This document shows, one piece after another, positions 1-11,165 of a stretch of DNA of 64,000 bases. Position numbers and translations under genes: made by a program. Numbering within the stretch: the stretch's first letter is position 1; every line of letters starts with the position of its first letter. Source of the stretch: Octopus bimaculoides (Eukaryota); contig NC_068983.1 in NCBI RefSeq assembly GCF_001194135.2, positions 71,984,140 through 72,048,139 of the forward strand, read 5' to 3'. The notes under the pieces are model-generated. The model had not been told where the DNA came from, did no database searches, and saw only the letters and a list, made by a program, of their open reading frames with translations.

Positions 1-53
1 CGGCCACAACAATGATTTCACTTACAGTTCTATATCTAAGAAATTTCCCCAAG

Positions 54-97
54 ACACGTCATGAAGGCTGGAGGGTATATCAGCCGAAACGTTGTGT
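54..97 (+). ncRNA. Degenerate minimal type I hammerhead-like motif
   Basis: ACAC-[GTCATGA]-A-GGCTG/CAGCC-GAAAC-GTT-GTGT. Helices I and II pair; the core differs from CUGANGA at two positions. Confidence 0.45.
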
Positions 98-1637
98 TAA
101 CAACAAACAAGTTGAGGACAAATATCCACTGCCATGTAGCATGGCTGTTCACACACGTGTCATACAGTCTACCTTTCACTCTGAGTGAGAGGCCTTTTGT
201 TACCAGCAGAGGTAGGAGCTCTCTGAACTTTGCCCAGGCAATTCTTATTTTAGCAGCTATGCTCTCATCCACCTCCACTACTGACTTGGTCACCTAGGTA
301 ATGGAAGTTATCAACTACTTCTAGTTTTTACCCCTGGCATGTGATGGAATCTTTTTTCTGCACATTTTCAGTGTTTATTGCCCCTGTGCATCTGTCACAC
401 CCAAAAACTATCTTCCCAGTTAACCTTGCTTTGATATTGCTGCACTTCTTATGCGTCCATAGGTTACACTGGGTACATCTTATGGAATTTCTGCCTTTGC
501 CTTTTCTACAGATTGAGCAGGGCTATCTACCTGAAGGGATTTGTGGTTTGTCTGCATTCCTACTTACTAAGACTTTGGTTTTTGCTAGATTGACTCCAAG
601 GCCCTTCAATTCTAGACCTTGCTTCCACACCTGAAACTTCTCCTCTTGTTCTGGTAGTGACTCAGCTTTTAGAGCAAGATCATCAGCATAGAGGAGCTCT
701 CAGGAGCAACCTGTCTTGAATTCTTCTCTTATTGCCTTGAGGACTATGATGAATAAGAGGGGACTGAGGACTGATCCTTGGTGGACTCCTACTACTACTA
801 CCCAGAATTCTTCACTATACTCGTTGCCAACCCTCACCTTACTGACAGCATCCCTGTACATGGCTTGTACATCTCTCACTAACCACTCATCTAGCCCTAG
901 TTTCCACATTGACCACCAGATAAGGGATCAGGGGACCCTATCAAAGCTTTCTCAATGTCAATGAAATCTAAGTACAGAGGTTTATCTTTGGCTAGGAATT
1001 TCTCCTGTAGCTGTCTTACCAGAAATATAGCATCAGTGGTGCTTCTCCCTGGTACAAACCCAAACTGCATCTCATCTAAATTAACTCTCTCCCTAATTAG
1101 TTGGGCTATGACCTTCTTCATGACTTTCATCACCTGATCCAACAATTTGATACCTCTGTAATTATTCCCAACTAATGCATCACCTTTACCTTTGTAGCAG
1201 TTGACTATGGTACTGTTACACCAGTCATTGGGTATGACTCCTTCATGTATCACCTGGTTGACCATAAGGGGTGACTATACTATAGCCTATACCGCCAAAT
1301 ATTTTAAGCATCTCCGCAGTGATTCCAGATGAGCTGGGGGTTTCCCTGTCTTCATACCCTTAATTGCTTTATCTACCAAAGTGTCAATTTGGATAACTGG
1401 TCCCTCTGTTAGGTTGACATTCGCAGACTCTCTTTCTCCCATTCATTCTCTTCATTTAGCAACCTTTCATAATGGTGCCTCCAAGTCTCTCTTTGCAGCA
1501 TCATTAAATGAAAGTGAGCCATCATCCATGCAGACACATTTCTCTCTTATGACATCATGATTCTCTCTCACACACTGTCTTGCAGTACAAAACACCTCAA
1601 GTCTTTGGTCCTCACAACGCAGAACATTAGCAAATTT

Positions 1638-1994
1638 CACAGAGAGATTTATGCAGTAGCAGCACGATAAAGTGATAGCATGTTGTCAACTTAATGTGAC
1701 AGTACCATAAAAGGGAAGAATGCTACTGTTATTTAGCCCTAGGAAATACCTATCTGCCTATTGACAGCTAGCAAGCCATGCTACTCCAGACTGATGATGA
1801 GCAACGACTCTGAAAGTAGTCTCTGGATGCTGGTTTTGCTGGATGGAGGTGCTTGTCTCCACTTTGAAAACATAAGGAAACAGGAAATGTGTCAAGTCCA
1901 ACAGGAGATGGTGTTTCCTAGGGCTAAATAAAGTAGTATTCTTCCATTTTATGGGACTGTCACATTAAGTTGACAACATGCTATCACTTTATTC
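1638..1994 (+). mobile_element. 357-bp non-coding insertion with ~88-bp internal inverted arms and a hammerhead-like motif
   Basis: Flanked by duplicated GCAAATTT (1630-1637, 1995-2002) inside the RTE. Arms 1667-1755 and 1906-1992 are reverse complements. Confidence 0.75.
1785..1827 (+). ncRNA. Type I hammerhead-like motif
   Basis: TCCAGA-CTGATGA-(T)GAG CAACGA CTC(T)-GAAA-GTA-GTC-TCTGGA. Helix I is 6 bp, the core is intact and the cleavage triplet is GUC. One mismatch in helix III and one at the base of helix II. Confidence 0.6.
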
Positions 1995-2331
1995 GCAAAT
2001 TTGTTCTCATCTGCTTCCCCTCTGGCTAAGTAAACCTGTCTCTTAGCTTCCCTTCTGGCAATCTGATACAGTTCCCTGCTACCACCATACTTCCAGTCCT
2101 TCCATGCCTGTTTCTTTTCCCTAATGGCCCTGTCAGCTACATTGTTCCACCATCACGTTACCTTAGGTCAAGAGGGGACTTTGCACCATCCACAAATCTG
2201 GTCAGTAGCCCTCAACAAGTTGTCCCAAAGGAACATCCAGTTGTCTCCCACATTATGTGATGCTATATCTTCCTCTTTTCTGTCAAAGGCTTCAAGTAAT
2301 ACGTCTTCTTTTTCATCAAATGCTTCAAGTA

Positions 2332-2392
<61 letters not shown>

Positions 2393-2735
2393 TGTGTATG
2401 TGTGTTCCAACCCATGTAAGCATAGAAAGTGAGCATTAAAACGATGATGCTAATGAACAATGATAGATGATTAGAGATGGCAGGTTTATCTTAATCAGTG
2501 GATTAAGAAGACCATTCACACACAGATGGACTCACTACATTTGAATGTATACTTCAACCTTCATTAAATACAAAGTGCCTCACAACTGTGCAAAAGTTTA
2601 AAAATTAGTCAGGGATCAGGGCCTATTGATTTCTCCTCAGACACACATGTACGCATATTAATAGGTATAATTATGAATGTATGAAGACGTTTATATATGT
2701 GAAGGTGTGTGTATTTGTATGTGTGTGTGTATATA

Positions 2736-2788
<53 letters not shown>

Positions 2789-3387
2789 TCATCATTTAAC
2801 ATCCATCTTCCCTTCCATGGTAGCATGGGTTGGACAGTTTGACAGAAGCTGCTCAGGCAAAAGACTGCACCAAACCTGTATTTGTTTTGGGATGGGTTTT
2901 GTGACTGGATGCTCTTCTTCACACCAACCACCCCATAGGGTGGACTGAGTGCTTTTTATGTGGCACCAGCACAGGCAAGGTAAATTTTGGAAGGGATTTT
3001 ACAGCTGGATGCCCTTCCAAATGCCAACCACTTCACAATGTGGACAGGATACTTTTTACATAGCATCAGCACTGGAAGGGCCACTAGATAATTTGAAAGA
3101 CAAAGAATCTTCAAGAGAGGAGGGGGCATTGGAGGAGGTGACCTTGTGCCAGATGATGGAAGATTAGAGTGGGACAGAGAGACAGATAGATAGGCACAGG
3201 AATGGCTATGTGGTAAGAAGCTTGTGTGTATGTATATATTTATGTACCAAACCCACTCACAAGGCTTGGGTTGCCTCAGGGCTATAGTAAAAGACACTTA
3301 CCCAAGATGTCACACAGTGGGACTGAACCTAGAACCATGTGGTTGGGAAGCAAACACCTTACCACACAGCCATACCTGCACCTATAG

Positions 3388-3585
3388 ATGTATAATTTAG
3401 GACAATCAGTAAGTTGTCATTATAATACTCAGAGTTTCAAATGTCAGAGCAAAGAGCTATGATGCATTCTCGTCAGCTATGAATTACCATTAATAGCTGA
3501 TGAGAATGCATCGTAGCTCTTCATTCTGACATTTGAAACTCTGAATACTATAATGACAACTTACTGATTGTCCTAAATTATACAT
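3388..3585. repeat. ~198-bp palindrome with ~93-bp arms, each arm carrying an outward-facing hammerhead
   Basis: 3388-3480 is a near-perfect reverse complement of 3493-3585. Confidence 0.9.
3421..3480 (-). ncRNA. Type I hammerhead ribozyme with intact core
   Basis: Minus strand reads ATAG-CTGACGA-GAATG...CATTT-GAAA-CT CTG AG-TA|TTAT. Helices I, II and III all pair; cleavage triplet GUA. Confidence 0.7.
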
Positions 3586-3655
3586 ATGTAAATAATCCTC
3601 TATTTACCTAATATCAAGGTTTCATTCTTTTGTTGTCACTTATTATTATTATTAC

Positions 3656-3722
<67 letters not shown>

Positions 3723-3724
<2 letters not shown>

Positions 3725-3940
3725 TGTAAGAGTGGTTGTGTGGTAAGTAGCTTGCTTACCAACCACATGGTTCTGGGTTCAGTCCTACTGCGTGGCACTT
3801 AGTGGTTCGGCAAAAGAGACCGATAGAATAAGTACTAGGCTTCCAAAGAATAAGACCTGGGGTTGATTTGCTCGACTAAAGGCAGTGCTCCAGCATGGCC
3901 ACAGTCAAACGACTGAAACAAGTAAAAGAATTAAAGAATA
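3723..3940 (+). mobile_element. tRNA-derived SINE, family 1. Other copies or fragments at ~3243-3385, 22262-22440, 22890-23045, 26437-26580, 58830-59195, 60745-60900 (all minus).
   Basis: Head with A-box-like TGTGTGGTAAG and B-box-like GGTTCAGTCC, plus a shared 3' tail (cagtcaaacgactgaaacaagtaaaaga) repeated across the window. Confidence 0.8.
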
Positions 3941-4959
3941 GAATATATATATACATATATATGCGCGCGTGCACACACACACACACACACATATATGTAC
4001 CTCTCGAATGCTTACAGAAATGAATGTAAAGCTTTCAAGTCGATGTTAAACATTAGGTTTGGGTTTCGAATTTAGTAACAGGTTCTAACTAGGTTATTGT
4101 TTCTGATATTTCTAGCCAAGTATTATTCATATCGAGCTATTGCTGTTTACCCCACCCCATCACCCAATTGACCTTGATTTAGCCATGACTACTGCATCAT
4201 TTTGTTTTCACCAAAATGTGTGATTCAAGGGAGGTTTGGCTGCTATTCCTGGCAGATTTTGTAATCAGGTAGAGACTCTCTCACTGGCTCAAGAAAGATC
4301 AAGCTGGCTTAATCGCAATTTTTTAATCTTCTCACACATTGGGTGGTTGTCTGGTTGTTTACTGTTTCAGCTGAACTTGTATCCTGCAATGTGACACATC
4401 TTTTAACAATGATACTACATTTACTGCATTGCATTACCTCAGAAGATGATATCATCTTCAGGCAATACAATGAATTTCTTGTCAAACAATGGCTAACATC
4501 TATGAAAAACGTTTCAATATATATATGGGTGTGTGTGTATGTGTGTACGAGTAGTGTATATTACATTCTTATAAGAAACTTCTTATGGAAAACATGATAC
4601 TACAAAGTAAAAAATAATAGGATAAGTATAAGATAGCTTGATTCAATCATTGAATGTGTTACTATGTTGACAATCTTTGTGAAGAAAGAAAATGAATGAA
4701 ATAGATTGATATATATNNNNNNNNNNATACTGAGATACACTGAAGGTTTAATATTCGTATAGTTACAAATATTTCAGGAAAGGGAAAAAACAGGGGTTGT
4801 GCTATGTATTTCACAGACAATAATGATGAAGATGCAGAAACAGAAAAAGTGAAAAGAGTGTTTATTAATGATTTTTATATGTAAACAGGCAAGTCAAACA
4901 CTGGATGTTGCTACAATAGACCTATCTTTACAACGCATCCACATATGTTAAGTGATGGA

Positions 4960-5400
4960 GTCAGTAGGGTCAAAACCTACATTCTAATATTTTCTGCTAC
5001 ACTCACATGTTACACCATAAGATTAAAGAAAGTAAAAAATAAAAAATGATAGTGTTCAGTATGTTGGTGACAGGAATTTCTGTCAAAGAGACATGGTTAA
5101 ACAAAGTTGGACATCATCTCCCTCTTTCTCTCTCTCTCTTATCATTTACTCCCACTGCCACCATCAACACTACTTTTAATAAAACATCCTCAACTCTCCC
5201 TAAGTTTCATTGTCTCTCTTTCTCTCCCTCTCTTTTTCTCTCTTTCTCTCTCTCTTTGCCACCGCCCTCACTGTCTTTATGCCTATTACTCTCATCCCGT
5301 CATGAGGAATAGTAGGAGTGTCATTGAATAGTGAGAGAGTGGGGGTCTAAGTGTGACAAACTGACACACAGAAATTAGTTTTCGCATTTATTATATTAGA
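4960..5400 (-). mobile_element. Possible non-autonomous Helitron fragment (5' end only)
   Basis: Minus strand begins A|TCTAATATAATAAATGCGAAAAC, similar to the 5' end of the Helitron at 47563. No 3' CTAG/hairpin found; left boundary uncertain. Confidence 0.35.
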
Positions 5401-7032
5401 TGATTATAGTACCTTATGCAATACTGACCATCTTACAATCTCAGGTTTGTTCTGTTCAGGTGAGAGAGTAAATATATTTCAAACATTTGACTGAAATGGA
5501 AAACTAAAATTGTACAAAGAGATAGTTCTTTATATTTGGTTATTAATGGAATACAATATATTAATAGTTTGTTAGTTTTGGGAAATTTTCTGAAAGAGAT
5601 GATGAAGCAAAATCAAAATTTTCCTTGGAAAAGGCAAGACAGTTTTCTAGGCAGAGTAGTTCACCTCCTTTAAAACTCTCATGATGCCTGTTAGAAATAA
5701 TTCCTATAAGCCACCAAACCACTGGCTGCATTTTTATAATGAAAATAAAAGAGTATATTGGATATGATTTATGTCTGAAAACTGACACTAATTTGTACAT
5801 TTTTGTATAAGATTTAAATTTCATCTTCTCTAAGACTGTTACTTCACTTTCTTTTTATGAGTTGGTAACTTCCACTTCTCCCAAGTGTGAAATTCATACA
5901 AAATAGTAAAACAACAAATAAAAGGAAGGAAATTATTCAGAGGAATAAGAAAAAATAACATTAGAAAAATGTAAAATCTGTCTGAAAGAATTATTTCATT
6001 TAAAGTATCTTCATATATATATCTGACAGTTGTTTCTTCATAATGGTTATAGCTTTAGCTAGGCAGTTTAGTTATCCTGAAAAGAGTTCAGATTTAACAA
6101 ATCTTGACAGGTTACTGCCACCACATTACAAAAGACAGGTTAATTGCTTCTGGTGGTACTATAGAAAAAGCAAAAGTACATGTATGGTTGTCTAACTTTT
6201 TAACTGTTCAATATATTTGCTGGCTAAGCAACATTTTGCTGGATTCTCTCTCTTCTTCACACACAAAAAACACACAAACGTTGGCATCAATATTTTTCCC
6301 AGAACATATTGCTGAGATGTAGAAAGTAAAGAAATGTAGAAAGTAAAGAAACCAACTTTAGAGAAATATAAGTTAGCCCAGAGCTTAATTGGAAATTTTT
6401 TTTTATGAATAAAATACCATGCATAAGTTTTTGCTCTAATTGAATAACAGCCCTAAATAACAATGACCTTCATGTTGAGGCTAGTTAGTCTCTCTTACCC
6501 CATTTATGGCACACAAACTCTCATGTAATTTCACTCGTCCTGAATAGGTGATTCATAGGGTTAATGTAACAAAAAATATTCAGTTGCTATAATTATGTGA
6601 CCTGAGCATAATACCCAGGCCTTTAGGATTGTAGCTTTAATGTAGACCAAATGAGCTCATTAGTATTATCTGTTGTTTAATGAATTTGAGTGACAAAGGG
6701 AATTTTATAAGTGACCTATCAAGCTGCTTGATGGGTTTCTTTTACAGCATGCAGGAATATTTCTGAGAATGAGCACCTTGTACTCTTTGATCTTGCTACA
6801 GAGACTGAGGGGTTATACAAACACTTTTGCTTCTTCCATTGCATCACCTTTAGTAATTAACCTGTTTCTTGTAATAAGGTGGCAATAACTGGTCATGATT
6901 TGTTAAATTCAAACACTTTTCTGGATAACTAAACTACCGGAAGATACTTTCAGTGACAAACTGGTTAGTTCAAGTCATTTCTTAGTCAAGAGAATCAACA
7001 AAAGTAATGATACTCCTGAGGATTTCAAAGTA

Positions 7033-8224
7033 TCAAGTCATCCCATAAGTTCTGTCCGATTTTACCTCTTTTAAAATTGAATGAAATTAATAGTATTTTA
7101 GAACGTCTAATGGAATTAAAAATTATTTTTATGCATTTGTGTACATTTAAACTAATTAAATATTATTTTACAGAATAATTAGAATTAAAATTTCTTTGAT
7201 TAAAACCCTTTCTAACATGGAAGTATCCAAAGAGCATTTGAGGCACAGAATGCTTTATGAGTACAAAAACGGAAACTCTGCAGCCGAAGCGACTCAAAAC
7301 ATAGACTCAGTTTATGAGAAAGAATGCTTGAANNNNNNNNNNNNNNNNNNNNNNNNNNNNNNNNNNNNNNNNNNNNNNNNNNNNNNNNNNNNNNNNNNNN
7401 NNNNNNNNNNNNNNNNNNNNNNNNNNNNNNNNNNNNNNNNNNNNNNNNNNNNNNNNNNNNNNNNNNNNNNNNNNNNNNNNNNNNNNNNNNNNNNNNNNNN
7501 NNNNNNNNNNNNNNNNNNNNNNNNNNNNNNNNNNNNNNNNNNNNTGGTGACAAAAAATGGATCTTCTATCGAAATGTTAAACGTCGTAAACAGTGGCTTG
7601 GTAAAAGGGAAAAAGCTCAACCACAACTGAGAAGGGAACTTCATGGGAAAAAGGTTCTTCTCTCTATCTGGCGGGATTGCAAAGGAATAATTCACTTTGA
7701 ATTGTTACCACCTAATGCAACAATCAATGCTCAAGTCTACTGTCAGCAATTAGAGCATTTGAACCAAGCTTTGAAGAAAAAAAGACCCGCTTTAGTGAAT
7801 TGAAAAGGAGTGATGTTTCATCAGGATAATGCATGACTCCACACTGCAAAGATCACATCACAGAAGATTGAAGTGCTTGGTTGGGAAAAAATTCCTCATC
7901 CACCTTATTCTCCCGACCTTGCTCCTTCAGACTACCATTTGGGGGACATAACTTTCGCAAGCCAGGAGGAGGTTGAAACTGACATTTTAGTGTTCTTCAC
8001 TTTGAAACCAAAAGACTTTTACATTGATGGGATTAAAAAGCTTGTAAACAGATGGAAGAAAGCTTGTAAACAGATGGAAGAAAGCTTGTAAACAGATAAT
8101 CTGGGAAAGCTTGTAAACAGATAATCCGGGAAAGTACACTGATGATTAAATTTCAATTAAATATAACATTTGATCACTTGTTTTCTTTATTCAGAATTTG
8201 GACAGAACTTATGGGATGACCTGA
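7033..8224 (+). mobile_element. Mariner (DD34D-type) DNA transposon with inactivated transposase
   Basis: TIRs TCA(A/G)GTCATCCCATAAGTTCTGTCC at both ends, flanked by TA (7031-32, 8225-26). Motifs GDKKW, HQDNA, HPPYSPDLAPSDYHL. In-frame TGA stops and a deletion after SDYHL. Confidence 0.93.
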
Positions 8225-8607
8225 TAGCTGAATGTTTTTAACATGGTATCATTGATGGTGATTCTAGAAGACATTGTTGATCCCAGTGTGAACTGGTGCA
8301 GAGTTTCACCCAAAGGGATAAGCAGTTTCAGTTTATTTTTTTTACAATTATTTAGAGTCAGACTCCTTGGTTCAACCTAAGAATATGATCAGAATCATCT
8401 CACTAGTATTATAGACACCTGAACAAAGCAATGTACTGAGACCCCTACATAGAGCCTCACAGCATACATAGAATAGCAGTGGGTCCTTAGAATTATAGGG
8501 TATGATCCAATGTCTTGCTGCATTAAATGTGTAATCGTTCTAGAGTAGTCATTATCAGAAATCTTTCCTCCCACCAAAAAGTGATATGTGTGTAACTGCT
8601 ACAGCTA

Positions 8608-8642
<35 letters not shown>

Positions 8643-9759
8643 ACTCACTCTCTCACACACACACATGCGCACACACAGAGTAGGAATCTTTTTTTCTTGT
8701 CACACAGAGTCGTCATCATCATCGTTTAACATTCATTTTCCATGCTGGCATGGGTTGGGCGGTTTGACTGAGGTCTGAAAAGCCAGTAGCTGCACCAGGC
8801 TCCAAATTGATCTGGTAATGTTTCTACAGCTGGATGCCCTTCCTAACACCAATCACTCAAAGAGTGTAGTGGGTGCTTTTTATGTACCATTGGCACAGGA
8901 GCCAGTCAGGTGGGCCTGGCATCGATCACATTCGGACAGTGCTTTTTATGTGCCACTGGCACAGGAGCCAGTCAGTGGGTACTGGCATCAGCCATGTTCA
9001 GATAATCAAAACTAAATGTTGGTTCTAATGATATGGTGGACTGAGCTAAGCCTGAGAAAACCCTGACTATATGATATCTCATGCAGCTTTGTGATGTGAA
9101 GCAGTATAGAATGTAATGTCCAACTGAACAAACATATTAAAATGGTAGCAACAAATTTCAACTCAAAACCCATGAGAAGATAGTCCAAAATGTTATCCAT
9201 TCAACCAAGTTATTTGTAACACACACACACACACAGATTAAATGAATATTAACACTATACTGTTGATATTGATGATGATGATGATGATGATGACAATGAT
9301 GATGAATAGCATTGTTGATGATGTCAATAATTTGCACTGAAATTTAAGAGGAATGAAAAAAAATTAATAAATTGTTATTTATAGATAATATCAAGTTAGT
9401 TCTCTTCTCACACTTTGTTATGTTTGAGAAAGAAACAGAAGTTGAAGTTTTAAGAAGAATCAGCAAAATTAAATCATAGAATCTGATGTGGTTTAAAATA
9501 AAATTAAACTGATAAAAGTAGAGATAATAGCTCCTATTAAAAGCTGCATCGAATTTTGATAAAGTTTGTTAATCACTGTTAAGTAGTGTATGTATATTTC
9601 TCACTGTTAAGTCCCTTCTTTTAAATTCTATTTTAATTTTTGTCACATAATAGCATTTTGATTTCATTCTTACATTCTTCCCCAGAACAAATTGGATTAA
9701 TCCAATAAAGCACTTATTGGAAAGTAGAACCTGTATTGAAGCATAGAGAGTGGAAGAGT

Positions 9760-9793
<34 letters not shown>

Positions 9794-10339
9794 NNNNNNN
9801 NNNNNNNNNNNNNNNNNNNNNNNNNNNNNNNNNNNNNNNNNNNNNNNNNNNNNNNNNNNNNNNNNNNNNNNNNNNNNNNNNNNNNNNNNNNNNNNNNNNN
9901 NNNNNNNNNNNNNNNNNNNNNNNNNNNNNNNNNNTGAAAAATTTGGAACTCTTTAAGAAAAACAATTATTTAATTAGCTGAATGTTTGTAGATCTGCTTT
10001 GTAGATTAAAATAAAATCAGATTTAGAAAGATATCGTAAATTGAAGTAAGTTCCAATCAAAAAAACATCAAGAGGAATGCTGTCAGGTTATATTTTGTAT
10101 TGAATGCCAGGAAAGTATAGCTATCCCCAAGTTAGGAATATGACAATACACTGATCAAGACATACCAGGATGACGGTTGTAGCAAGATGAAAAACATTAG
10201 AAACATAAAAATTATAAGAATATTGTTTCTTAATATAAATATTCTGAATGTCTAATGGAGTCTTCACTGTGTTAATATTTTCTTCTGGAAACAAAACATG
10301 TAGTCGTTGATGTTTAGACCCAGGTCAACTAGCTGTCCC

Positions 10340-11165
10340 CATTCCATCTTTACAGGCATGAGTGTACCTGAAACTACATTAACCAAAATTTGGGAAGTAG
10401 AACGAAATTTTTTAACACAGGTGACGAAGTGTATTTTAAAATATATAAAAACGGAAAACAGGACTGAGAACAAGGTAATATAACTGGACGTCTGGGTAAT
10501 GTGATGTACATGGTAAAAGGACCAAAATATGAACATAAAAGACATTCTAACCAATTAAAGAAAAGATATACCAAAAATCAAGAAAGGTGAGAGGAGCCAA
10601 TGGATATATGGTATGACATGTTTGAGGTCCCAGAACCACAAGTGATAGCAGAACCAACATGTAGGTCAAACAGGAAAAGAAAACCTACAGGAATGATGGA
10701 AATTAATGCCAAGAGAAAGAGATATGCCAGTTTCTCACCAATGAAATAAAATTGATAAAAATAAGGAATAAATAAATAAAAAAAAGACAAAGCCGATTTC
10801 AAAAGGGGGAAGTGTTGTGTGGAAGTAGAACACCCCTATTGGTTAGCTCCTAATGGACTGTGACACAATATAAATCGACATATGCAGAGAGCCTTCAGTG
10901 CAGAGTAAAGCTGAGAGTTGTGTATTGTCAAGGGTCATTACTAGTATCTTGAGTAGAATGATTTGCGAGGGCATTATTATTATCCCATTCATACGTCGGA
11001 CATGCAATACAACAAGTAGATTGCACATTGCTTGAAAAAGATATGAGCATCCTGTATTCACATTTTCTCTTGCACAGAATGCTCAAAAAATTGCACCAGT
11101 GTTGATAAATCGATATATATGCTAAATTATGAAAAGCACACAGAATAATCAACTTCATGACAACA
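10340..11165 (+). mobile_element. Gypsy-like LTR retrotransposon 3' fragment: integrase C-terminus, PPT and 353-bp 3' LTR
   Basis: FNTGDEVYFKIYKNGKQD*EQGNITGRLGNVMYMVKGPKYEHKRHSNQLKKRY. Polypurine tract AAAAGGGGGAAG (10801-10812) directly precedes the LTR TGTTGT...ACAACA (10813-11165). Confidence 0.8.

Larger units (their letters stand above)
125..2335 (-). mobile_element. Degenerate RTE-clade non-LTR retrotransposon (RT region), interrupted at 1638-1994
   Basis: Minus-strand ORFs with RT motifs: NYRGIKLLDQVMK, MQFGFVPGRSTTDAIF, GVHQGSVLSPLLF, LLYADDL (ctc ctc tat gct gat gat), YLGD. Frameshifts and stops present. Confidence 0.9.
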
